Below, one piece after another: positions 14,101-22,153 of a DNA stretch of 39,054 nt. Numbering within the stretch: position 1 is the first letter of the stretch; the number at the start of each line of letters is the position of its first letter. The translations under genes and the position numbers were made by a program. The notes beneath the pieces were generated by a model. That model saw only the letters and a list, made by a program, of their open reading frames with translations. It was not told the origin of the DNA and did no database searches. The stretch is taken from IMG/VR virus record IMGVR_UViG_3300021963_000286, positions 1-39,054 of that record, one strand, 5' to 3'. The DNA comes from a virus (Duplodnaviria; Caudoviricetes).

Positions 14101-15673
14101 ACCGCCACCAAGCGTAGTTCCACCCGCACAGGACTTCGGAGTTGATCCACAAGTTCCAGCAGCGCAAGACTTTGGTCAAGAACCTCCAATAGTAGTTCCA
14201 GAAGCACAGGACTTTGGAGTTGATCCACAAGTTCCAGCAGCACAAGATTTTGGTGTTGACACGCCAACTGTTGCTCCAGCTCCACCGTCGCCTAGCCCGT
14301 ATGAAATATTTTTAGCTCAAGAGGCAGCCGCAACAGATGCAGCACAAGCAGAAGCCACGGCCAGATTTAACTCGCAGTTTGATGTTGTTACAGAAGATCC
14401 GCAAGTTCCTCTAGCACAAGATTTTGGTCAAGAACCACCCATAGAAGTTCCGGATGCACAGGACTTTGGTGTTGATCCACAAGCCCAGGACTTCGGCACT
14501 GATGCTGATTTTAATATAGGTGAATTCCAGTCAGAGCCAGTGGACATACCCACTATTGACACAGGCTACGATGACTTTTATGGCAACGAAGAAGACGTGG
14601 GCGAGTTCCAAGCTGAGCCCAGCGATGTAGATTCTGGTGATACAGGTTTTAGCGATTTCAGCGACACCGGTGGTGGCGATGGCGGTGATTTCTTTGGTGG
14701 ACTGTTTGGCGGTGTTAAACGCAGCGCCGGTGCAGTTAGTGGCGGCTCTGATCCGTTTGCTGGCATCCTTGATGGGTTAGGCAGTTCAATCCCGCTTGTA
14801 AATCCCAAAACAACACTGTCTCCGCAGCAGTTGGCAGCCAACAGACAAAAAGCAGCCAAGGCCTTGGCCAAGCAACAAAACATTATTAACCAGCAACAGA
14901 AACAGGTCAACGACGGTGACTGGCGTGTGAGGTTGCGTCTAGCCGGCAGTGCCGACTATCTTTACAATGCGCCAAATCCTGGAATTCTAGCACCTTTAAG
15001 CAAGTCCGGCTCCGATGGAGTAATATTTCCCTATACTCCAGCAATCACCACTGCTTACCAGGCCAAGTACAATGCCTACGAATTGACACACAGCAACTAC
15101 AAAGGATATTTCTATCAAGGTTCCAGCGTAGGCGACATCAGCATCAATGCTACCTTTACAGCGCAAGATACCCAGGAAGCCAACTACTTGCTGGCAGTGA
15201 TACATTTTTTCCGTTCAGTGACCAAGATGTTTTACGGCCAGGATGATTCTGCACATCGCGGAGCCCCACCACCTCTGGTATTCTTACAAGGCCTGGGCGA
15301 ATATCAGTTCAACCGGCATCCTTGCGTGGTCACTAACTTTAATTACACCTTGCCTGCAGATGTGGACTACATACGAGCACTGAGTCCCAACAACGACGGT
15401 ACCAATCTAAGCAACCGCAGAAGTTTACAGTCAGGAGTAACACCTTTTATAAATCCGTCAGTCAGCAGATTACAAAACGCAGGACTGCCACAAGGTGGTT
15501 TATATACCCCTCCTGCACCGCCTAGTTTGGGAACCAATAGCCCTACCTACGTACCAACCAAAATGGATATACAAATAACACTACTGGCAATACAAACACG
15601 CAGTCAAGTCAGCAAACAATTTAGTCTTAAAGAATTTGCTAATGGTAACCTGGTCAAAGGAGGCTTCTGGTAA
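11144..15673 (+). CDS. Tail-tube initiator / baseplate-tube junction protein (gp48/gp54-like C-terminal domain) with a ~1250-aa repetitive N-terminal extension
   Basis: The C-terminal ~250 aa (DWRVRL...IFPYTP.I...THSNY...INATFTAQ...GAPPPLVFL...PCVVTNFNYTLP.DVDYI) has the pattern of a tube-fold initiator. It sits directly upstream of gp53. The N-terminal part is Pro/Ala/Gln/Asp-rich repeats. Confidence 0.7.
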   Translation: MADLTPIPQDSSTDPQVPGNYPGTVQNPTQVPAPVSPASDPEVPPLPNDVDPNFIPNPAPVDNTINPEVPQPEENFAIKKKFDAEPVVPVTNPEVPQPQDFGSEPPTGFPPAQDFGSDPQIGLPPAQDFGEEARISDFPPAQDFGVDPQVPAAQDFGSDPRIIVPDAQDFGVDPQVPATPIVQNYFTDANPVVPASDTGFDDFYGEQTYTVNYTGTADVRPVFPAANPQVPNIFSSISALLSNLFGITPTPVAPAANPQVAQAFPVPAPTVFKPTPIPPAANPQVVQQPTIVQNYFTDRTPAVVVPAANPQVPLAQDFGSEPPIVVPTAQDYGSDPQIGVPPAQDFGSEPPTVIPPAQDYGSDPQIGVPPPQDFGSEPPTVIPPAQDYGSDPQIGLPPPQDFGGRKKADPDIVDSPSEPAVQSQAQTRIEGPVNQVVLQQSNPAAAANYNKDFLDAKNEIVTSQIRELEATQGSPATERQIAGIDAYADAPARFIVNNKYKDQIEAADAAQSVPANTPPPTIVPADVNVPALPNDADPNFISNPGPVDNTIDPEVPSSANVRVENVNQSALAQKDPALYQQWQETFTARAERDAANEIKVVEAELGRPVSAEERATIESVAAFRARSDTNAIYKDELQAANVATVVPADTPPPTTNPATVTNNPQVVVPQTKIVAVSTETLLQNDPETAQEYTAFKAETAAQLTEQRIAEREAVEGGPISVSEQVQIAARSEIDATADANFRYQDQIQAAGAGTTVPADTPPPAPAPVAVTNNPQVVVPPTRVVAVSTETLLQNDPVTAQEYTAFKTETAQELTAQRIAEREAVEGGPISVSEQVQIAARAEIDATADANFRYQDQIQAADAGTTVPADTPPPTVTAPPVDSATNQQVPAATGKIENFSFSTLAIEDPETAKALITDQRAIQQDLANQQVAEYRAVTGTAPGTPIPDEELARITTESDLAAKAQVQTQYQDQIVAAGAGTLIPTDTPPPSVVPPAQDFGVDPQVPAAQDFGQEPPIVVPEAQDFGVDPQVPAAQDFGVDTPTVAPAPPSPSPYEIFLAQEAAATDAAQAEATARFNSQFDVVTEDPQVPLAQDFGQEPPIEVPDAQDFGVDPQAQDFGTDADFNIGEFQSEPVDIPTIDTGYDDFYGNEEDVGEFQAEPSDVDSGDTGFSDFSDTGGGDGGDFFGGLFGGVKRSAGAVSGGSDPFAGILDGLGSSIPLVNPKTTLSPQQLAANRQKAAKALAKQQNIINQQQKQVNDGDWRVRLRLAGSADYLYNAPNPGILAPLSKSGSDGVIFPYTPAITTAYQAKYNAYELTHSNYKGYFYQGSSVGDISINATFTAQDTQEANYLLAVIHFFRSVTKMFYGQDDSAHRGAPPPLVFLQGLGEYQFNRHPCVVTNFNYTLPADVDYIRALSPNNDGTNLSNRRSLQSGVTPFINPSVSRLQNAGLPQGGLYTPPAPPSLGTNSPTYVPTKMDIQITLLAIQTRSQVSKQFSLKEFANGNLVKGGFW
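11430..14500 (+). repeat. Coding repeats: 20 copies of (A/P)QD(F/Y)G-x-(D/E)-P-type units in four clusters
   Basis: Counted in the translation as clusters of 6, 7, 4 and 3. An 84-nt near-identical tandem duplication has units starting at 12171 and 12255. Confidence 0.9.
12425..14110 (+). repeat. Five copies of a ~100-110-aa helical module ending Y(K/Q)D(Q/E)(I/L)xAA...P(A/T)(D/N)TPPP
   Basis: Two copies are near-identical with a 330-nt period (13121 vs 13451). Three flanking copies are diverged but keep the terminal motif. Confidence 0.85.
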
Positions 15674-15972
15674 TGGCCGTTTACAGTTCAACTAGTCCCT
15701 ACTACGACACCAACTATACGCAATTTTATCTTGACAACATGGTCAATCGACCTATATCAAGAGAACCTGACGATTATCTTTTTGTAGTCAATCAAACTTA
15801 TCAGTTCAGACCTGATCTCTTGGCATTTGACTTGTATAATGATTCGCGCTTGTGGTGGGTGTTTTATCAACGCAACCCTAATACCCTGACTGCACCACCA
15901 TGGGATTTCTTAGTGGGTGTCGAAATCTATGTACCAAAAATAACAACACTACGCAATGTGTTAGGATTCTAA
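15673..15972 (+). CDS. gp53: Baseplate wedge protein, gp53/LysM-like
   Basis: The motif YQFRPDLLAFDLYNDSRLWWVF...N is the gp53/LysM-like pattern. It is TAATG-coupled to the upstream gene. Confidence 0.8.
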   Translation: MAVYSSTSPYYDTNYTQFYLDNMVNRPISREPDDYLFVVNQTYQFRPDLLAFDLYNDSRLWWVFYQRNPNTLTAPPWDFLVGVEIYVPKITTLRNVLGF

Positions 15973-15975
15973 TCA

Positions 15976-18954
15976 ATGTCCACAGTAGCAGAACTTACAA
16001 GGCAGCGTGCCTCGTTAGAGCGAGACCTTGCTATTCTAGAAGTAGAATATGCAAAACTTCAGCAACGTGGTGCAAGTCGTACGGCCATCAACGATGCCAG
16101 AATTGCCATTGCTGAAACACGTTCTGAATTGGCATCAAACACAATAGAACTACGACAAGCAACTGCTGCCGAAAGGCCAGCAGATAATTCTGGCGCCTTG
16201 GTTAGAAATGAACAACAAGGTCGAGAAGAAAATGCCAATACCACGCTGCCGGCAGCTCCTAATCTGATTCAAACTGGACCTAATGGTCGAGTAGTACCAC
16301 CTACACCTGCAGTACCTACTAATGCCCGTCGTCCCGGCGCAGAAAATGACGAAGGCACTAATGCACCGGTGCGTAGCATAACTTCAACACAATCAACCCC
16401 GCCGCCCACTGCTCAACCCACCCAACGAGCAAGACCAGATGCCCCCACTGCTGGTCAAAATGCTGGTGTTGGTGCGCTAGGGCAAGATGCAGCCGGCAGA
16501 GCAGGCACATTACAAGGACTCAAAAATGTTTTTGCCGGCAGCGGATCAAAGATTACTCCTCAACCAAATGCCTTGGCCAAGTATGGATCTTATACCTATA
16601 ATCTCAGCCTTTATATCATGTCTCCCAAAGACTACGAAAAAACAGTATTGGGCGGAAGAATTGTAGTTCCGGGTTCACAACTGTTGATACAAAGTGGAGG
16701 CATGCCGTCACCATCATCTACACCTACATCAACCGATTCTCAACTAGATGGCATAACCGGGGAAACAGCAGGTACTCAGCCCACTGCTGCGGGCCGCAAT
16801 CAATATTTTCCATTGGATTTTTACATTGATGATTTTACCATCACCAATCTGCAACCAGGCAAGGGTACCAGCAGTGCCAATGCTGTCACTAACATGCGAT
16901 TTAAAATTGTTGAACCCAACGGCATCAGTTTTCTAGACAACCTGTACAGTGCCTGCGAACAATATGTGGGCAAAAAACAAAATTATGCAGCACAAAATTA
17001 TCTCATGGTCATTAGATTCTATGGCTACGATGAAAATGGAATGCTAGTTAGACCTGACAACTTGACGAAAAATGTCAGAACAGATCAATACGCTCTAGTG
17101 GAAAAATACATACCTTTTCAATTTACAAAAATTGGATTTCGTGTGGCCAATACCTTGACAGAATACAACTGCGAAGCTGTGGTTCCTGGAAATAATCAAG
17201 CTTCGGGTCAGGCCCGAGGCATAATACCTTACAACACAGAATTGCAAGCCGAAACCATCGCAGGACTCTTTGGGGGCAAGGCCTCCTATAACGAAAAAGA
17301 ACAACAAGATGGCCGAGAACAAATTGCCTCGGAAACCGCACAAGACGGCCCAGGCACATCGCCTCCGCCGCCCAAGGCCAATGCTGCACCTAAAAAAACC
17401 ATAACTGGCGGTCTAATGGATGCACTGAACCAATACGAACAAGAACGAGTCAAGGATGGAATATTCACAGTCCCTGACCAGTATGAAATAGTATTTCCGG
17501 ACCCAGTGATTAGCAATGCTAAAACCCAGCCGCCGGGAGTGGTCGACAAAACCAAAGTAGGGCAACCTACTCCAACCACAGCAGGTCAGGCCAAAAATCC
17601 TGCCACTAACTCAATGAACCCCAATACACAGACCAAACCGTCTGTGGCTGGCATGAGCATAATTCAGTTTATAGATCAAGCTGTGAGAACCAGCAGCTAT
17701 ATCTACGAACAACAAATAACACAGTACGACGAAGAAGGCAACGAAATCAAAAACGGCAAAGCACCGCCATTGACTGCTTGGTATCGTATTGGAGTACAGG
17801 CCTTGCCCATCAAGTATGATCCCAAACGTAACGATTATGCCTACAAGATAACTTACAGCGTGAATCCCTACAAAGTCAATGACCTAAAAAGCGAATATTT
17901 TAACGATAGTCCCTACAACGGTACGCATAAAAAATACTACTATTGGTTCACAGGCGAAAACGTCGAGATACTGGATTACCAACAAGACTTCAATAATCTC
18001 TTTTATATTGTGGTCAACGGCAATCAACCACCCAAGAATGGCCCCATTATAGACTATCGCGAATTGCCTAAAAAGTCTTATCAAACTCGCAGCCAAGAAA
18101 GTGACCAAGGTCAGGATGGAAAGATCAACGAGCCTGCTGCCAACGCAGCCACCAGCTTGTACAGTCCTGCCGACTTGAGTCGTGTAAAAATAACCATTGT
18201 AGGTGACCCGGCATGGATAGCTCAAGGCGAAATAAATCGAAGCATACGTGCTTTCAACTACAGCCCATTTTATCCCGACGGTACCATCAATTACGAAATA
18301 CAACAGCCCCTGTTTGAAATTGGTTGGAACAAACCAGTTGATTACGATTTGACCACAGGTTTAATGAATCCCAACCAACGAACCAATGGTGCCAACGAAA
18401 TTGATTCACTAGGTCCAGGCCCTACACAGAGTAATATTTTCCGTGCTATAAGCGTGACCAGCAGCTTCAAACAAGGAAAATTCACACAAGACCTTGAAGG
18501 ACTTCTGGTACAGTTTCCGTCTACTGCTATCAAGAAAAATGATGCTCCGTCAGAATACGAAAATTTTTCTACGTTAACACCCGGCCCAAACTCCAATGCC
18601 AGCCAAGGTCGCAACGGCGAACCTGCTACAACTACACCGCGTCCTGCGGCTGCCACTTACCCGGGCGCAATAGCAAACCCTGCTGTGATACCTACACCAG
18701 TGCAGCCTAGAAATGGTGCACGTCAAATAACTGCGATTGACCCAAAATCTGCTCCTTCTCGATCACCTGCTACTGCCCCAACAGCCCGAGTCAATCCACA
18801 GACAGCACAGCCATTGACCAATCGTGCTCCGGCCAGTGGGGGTCAGCCAGTTGGGGCTGTAACATCCAATGCTGGTGGAGCTGCTACAGGTATCATACGA
18901 GGTAGAACAGCCCCAGTAAATACACCACCTCAAAACGGAGCCAAGGATTACTAA
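15976..18954 (+). CDS. Baseplate hub protein (gp27/GpD-like) with low-complexity termini
   Basis: It lies between gp53 and gp5. The C-terminal KITIVGDPAWI and FRAISVTSSFKQGKFTQDL resemble hub beta-barrel motifs. Both ends are Pro/Ala/Thr-rich. Confidence 0.65.
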   Translation: MSTVAELTRQRASLERDLAILEVEYAKLQQRGASRTAINDARIAIAETRSELASNTIELRQATAAERPADNSGALVRNEQQGREENANTTLPAAPNLIQTGPNGRVVPPTPAVPTNARRPGAENDEGTNAPVRSITSTQSTPPPTAQPTQRARPDAPTAGQNAGVGALGQDAAGRAGTLQGLKNVFAGSGSKITPQPNALAKYGSYTYNLSLYIMSPKDYEKTVLGGRIVVPGSQLLIQSGGMPSPSSTPTSTDSQLDGITGETAGTQPTAAGRNQYFPLDFYIDDFTITNLQPGKGTSSANAVTNMRFKIVEPNGISFLDNLYSACEQYVGKKQNYAAQNYLMVIRFYGYDENGMLVRPDNLTKNVRTDQYALVEKYIPFQFTKIGFRVANTLTEYNCEAVVPGNNQASGQARGIIPYNTELQAETIAGLFGGKASYNEKEQQDGREQIASETAQDGPGTSPPPPKANAAPKKTITGGLMDALNQYEQERVKDGIFTVPDQYEIVFPDPVISNAKTQPPGVVDKTKVGQPTPTTAGQAKNPATNSMNPNTQTKPSVAGMSIIQFIDQAVRTSSYIYEQQITQYDEEGNEIKNGKAPPLTAWYRIGVQALPIKYDPKRNDYAYKITYSVNPYKVNDLKSEYFNDSPYNGTHKKYYYWFTGENVEILDYQQDFNNLFYIVVNGNQPPKNGPIIDYRELPKKSYQTRSQESDQGQDGKINEPAANAATSLYSPADLSRVKITIVGDPAWIAQGEINRSIRAFNYSPFYPDGTINYEIQQPLFEIGWNKPVDYDLTTGLMNPNQRTNGANEIDSLGPGPTQSNIFRAISVTSSFKQGKFTQDLEGLLVQFPSTAIKKNDAPSEYENFSTLTPGPNSNASQGRNGEPATTTPRPAAATYPGAIANPAVIPTPVQPRNGARQITAIDPKSAPSRSPATAPTARVNPQTAQPLTNRAPASGGQPVGAVTSNAGGAATGIIRGRTAPVNTPPQNGAKDY

Positions 18955-21701
18955 TGTCAGAAAATATACAACGCAATCGTGGCCGCAGTAAAAACTACAA
19001 GTTTGATCGAGGCGGCAATCCCACAGAGTTTGGTCCATTTATAGGCGAAGTCAAGAACAACGTTGACAACGTAAGATCTGGACGTCTGCAAGTTTACATA
19101 GAACAGTTTGGCGGCGACAACCCCGACGATGAAAGTTTATGGCGCACAGTCAACTACATTCCGCCCTTTTACGGATCAATATTGCAGAACGGTACAAATA
19201 AAGGTACAGGAACATTTGTAGGAAATCCACAAAGTTATGGCATGTGGTTTACGCCGCCTGACATTGGCACACAGGTCATTTGTTTTTTTGTAGCAGGCGA
19301 TCCCAACCAAGGCTATTACATGGGTTGTGTGCCAGACCCTGGCATTGCTCACATGATTCCGGCCATTGGTGCCAGTAAGAAATTTGACACGCAAAACGCT
19401 GAGCAAAAAGAATACTTTAAAAACGCTAAACAGTTACCAGTAACAGAAATCAACAGCGAAAACGATGAGATTGACAACAATCCTCAATTTTTTAATCAGC
19501 CAAAACCGGTACACTCATATCTGGCCGGAGTAATGCTGCAACAAGGTGTCATTAACGACACAGAACGTGGTCCCATTACCAGCAACAGTCAACGCGAAAG
19601 TCCCAGTGCAGTTTTTGGAATCTCAACACCAGGTCGTCCTGTATTTAAAGGCGGTGACGACGACAAGCAGATCAAGAAAACAGTAGAAAACAAAGATTCT
19701 AAACTGGAAAGCGTGAAAGTTGTGGCACGTCGTGGCGGACACAGTATTGTCATGGACGACGGAGACCTTGAAGGCCTCGACAACCTGGTAAGAATCAGAT
19801 CCAGCAAAGGCCATCAGATCACCATGAGTGATGACGGCAACTTTTTTTATATCTTACATGCTAATGGACAGACTTGGGTAGAGTTGGGCGCAGAAGGTAC
19901 CATAGATCTTTTCAGTACCAACAGTGTCAACGTGCGCTCTCAAGGCGAAATAAATTTACACGCTGATAAAAACATCAACATGTATGCTGGTGAAAGTATC
20001 AATATCAAAAGCAAAACAGTCAGAATCAATTCTGTCGAATCTCTAGACCTGGCCAGCAAAACCAATATATCCATGTATAGCGAAAGTTCTATTGGTGTGA
20101 CAGCATCTGGTAGCCTGGGTATTAAGAGTCAGTCTGGCAACTGGGACGGCGGATCCAGTTTAGCCCTTAAAGGTGGCACAATCAACTTAAACGGCCCAGG
20201 GGCAGGCGCTGCATCTATACCAAAACCAGCCTTGTTGGAAGATATACAACTGCCAGATGTGGCCTGGGTAGAAGGCAAGGGATGGGAAGAAGAAAAAGGC
20301 AAACTGATAACCATTGTGAGTCGTGCGCCTACTCATGAACCTTATCCTTATCATAACCGTGGTGTAGAAGCCAAATCCACTGTGACAGAGTTTACTGCCA
20401 GCGGTGGCGCCAGCGGTGACAGTTCTGGTTTTGTAGGCACACCTGCTACAGCTTCTGTAATACCAACTACACCTACCACTGCTGCCACGGCCAGCTTGAC
20501 CAACCTGCCGGTAACAGATGCAGTGAGTCCAGCGCAGATACTCAAACAAGTAGCTGCTACCACCGGCATTGGCAGTTTGAATGTACCGCAAGTGACTAGC
20601 CTATTAAGTTCAGCTGCTGCTGGTGTAGGCCAGGCAGCCAATGCGTTCAGCGCATTAAAAGGCATTGGACAATACGGGTTTTCGCCACTGCAACTTGAGC
20701 AACTGGGTTTAATCAAGCCCGGCACTATTCGCAAGTATTTGGGCAATTCAAATGCACTTAATGCTGTATTGACCAGCCCTACTATCTGGACTGGCAAGGA
20801 CGGAGTCAGCAACTTAGGCGGAATATTGACCAATCCCCAGTTACAGACACGCCTGCAACAAGGCCTAATGAAAGACGGACTTGTGGCGTTACGCAAAACT
20901 GGTGTGCTAAATGGATTAGAAACAGTTCCTCAATTGGGTTCTTTATTACAGTCAGCGGCCAAGTTTGGACCTGATGCAGTAAAATCGTGGGCAGCAGGTC
21001 AGGCCAATGCATTTGTACAAAATCAAATCAACAAGTTGTCTAAAAATGCTCAAGTGGCAATTAAAGTTGCCAACAGCATCATTGGTGCTGTGTTTGGTGG
21101 ATCTAGTGCTCGCGGTCCCATAGCTATTGCTGGTATAGTGGGCACTGTGAATCGTCTACCTGTAACAAATGCCATTGCTGGAGTCATTGGGGATAAGAAA
21201 GTTCCAGTGCCAGATTACACTGTGACTTCGATTGACATTAGAAAAGGACAGCAGGAAGTAAGAACTGAAGCGTTCAACAAGGCCATTGCTGAAGGCAAAT
21301 CTGAACGGGAAGCAGCACGTATTGGCGCTGCTGCTGGTAATGAATGGGGTGCAGCAGAATTGGCAAAGTTTGGTACAGGAACAGGCACTACTGGCAGCAC
21401 CGCCGCTGCAGGCACTGCAGGCACAACAGGTAGAACAAGCAGCCTACAAGAATTCCAACAGACGTTTGGCACACAAACTGCACAATCTGCAGGACAATCA
21501 ACATTCTTAGGTACAGGGTCAGGTCTGCCAGTATCTGGTGCAGGGTCAAATGCAGATGCAGCATTGGCACAAACCAGAGGAACTACAAATGTAAATTACG
21601 CTGATTCGCAATTTCAGTCGCAAGCACAAATTGATGCAGAAATTGCACAAGAAGTAAAACTGGCTGCCAATAAAGACGCTTTGGCACGTTTGGTCAAATA
21701 G
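18954..21701 (+). CDS. gp5: Baseplate central spike (gp5/VgrG-like): OB-fold, beta-helix, lysozyme-like C-terminal domain
   Basis: OB-fold motifs GEVKNNVD..RSGRLQVYI and PPDIGTQVICFF, then GHSIVMDD, IRSSKGHQITMSD and 8-residue beta-helix repeats. These are followed by RAPTHEPYPYH and GIGQYGF...WTGKDG. Confidence 0.8.
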   Translation: MSENIQRNRGRSKNYKFDRGGNPTEFGPFIGEVKNNVDNVRSGRLQVYIEQFGGDNPDDESLWRTVNYIPPFYGSILQNGTNKGTGTFVGNPQSYGMWFTPPDIGTQVICFFVAGDPNQGYYMGCVPDPGIAHMIPAIGASKKFDTQNAEQKEYFKNAKQLPVTEINSENDEIDNNPQFFNQPKPVHSYLAGVMLQQGVINDTERGPITSNSQRESPSAVFGISTPGRPVFKGGDDDKQIKKTVENKDSKLESVKVVARRGGHSIVMDDGDLEGLDNLVRIRSSKGHQITMSDDGNFFYILHANGQTWVELGAEGTIDLFSTNSVNVRSQGEINLHADKNINMYAGESINIKSKTVRINSVESLDLASKTNISMYSESSIGVTASGSLGIKSQSGNWDGGSSLALKGGTINLNGPGAGAASIPKPALLEDIQLPDVAWVEGKGWEEEKGKLITIVSRAPTHEPYPYHNRGVEAKSTVTEFTASGGASGDSSGFVGTPATASVIPTTPTTAATASLTNLPVTDAVSPAQILKQVAATTGIGSLNVPQVTSLLSSAAAGVGQAANAFSALKGIGQYGFSPLQLEQLGLIKPGTIRKYLGNSNALNAVLTSPTIWTGKDGVSNLGGILTNPQLQTRLQQGLMKDGLVALRKTGVLNGLETVPQLGSLLQSAAKFGPDAVKSWAAGQANAFVQNQINKLSKNAQVAIKVANSIIGAVFGGSSARGPIAIAGIVGTVNRLPVTNAIAGVIGDKKVPVPDYTVTSIDIRKGQQEVRTEAFNKAIAEGKSEREAARIGAAAGNEWGAAELAKFGTGTGTTGSTAAAGTAGTTGRTSSLQEFQQTFGTQTAQSAGQSTFLGTGSGLPVSGAGSNADAALAQTRGTTNVNYADSQFQSQAQIDAEIAQEVKLAANKDALARLVK

Positions 21702-21720
21702 CAGCGGCACGTTATAGGGA

Positions 21721-21726
21721 TAAGTA
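21721..21726 (+). promoter_or_regulatory. Late-type promoter box 5 nt before the gp25 start (leaderless transcript likely)
   Basis: TAAGTA-TTTGT-ATG at 21721-21734. Confidence 0.55.
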
Positions 21727-21731
21727 TTTGT

Positions 21732-22106
21732 ATGACCACATTTATTGGATTTAATACTATCAATCAGTATAGAAAATTTACTTTGGTTGACTTTGAGTTG
21801 ATCAAACGTGATTTGTCTAATGCTTTTAATATTCAAAAGGGAGAAATTCCTGGAAGACCTGAATACGGAACAAACTTGTGGAGCTATGTGTTTGAAAATC
21901 AAGCAGTGGACACAACACAAGAAATCCTAGCCGAAGTACAACGTGTAGCTGGTGGTGATCCGCGAGTCAGCCTGCAAGATGCACAAGTGTACCCACAGGA
22001 TAATGGCATGTTAATAGAACTGTTTGTTCGTGTGGTAAACGGTTCAGAAGCGCAACTGCTGTCGTTATTTCTAGATCAAGAAACTCGCAGAGCCACGTTC
22101 ATCTAA
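21732..22106 (+). CDS. gp25: Baseplate wedge subunit / sheath initiator gp25
   Basis: The motif LIKRDLSNAFNIQKGEIPGRPEYGTNLWSYVFE...DPRV is the GPW_gp25 signature. Confidence 0.9.
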   Translation: MTTFIGFNTINQYRKFTLVDFELIKRDLSNAFNIQKGEIPGRPEYGTNLWSYVFENQAVDTTQEILAEVQRVAGGDPRVSLQDAQVYPQDNGMLIELFVRVVNGSEAQLLSLFLDQETRRATFI

Positions 22107-22115
22107 AACTACGCT

Positions 22116-22135
22116 GTTTTTAACTCGAATAAATA
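22116..22135 (+). promoter_or_regulatory. Late promoter of gp6
   Basis: GTTTT-N9-TAAATA, ending 18 nt before ATG 22154. Confidence 0.65.
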
Positions 22136-22153
22136 CTCTACTGACGAGATGAC

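Noticed and set aside
11430-14500. CRISPR array or DGR-like repeats suggested by recurring CACAAGACTTTGG sequences
   Set aside because: The repeats are in frame, vary mainly at synonymous positions, and lack constant-length unique spacers. No cas or reverse transcriptase gene is present.
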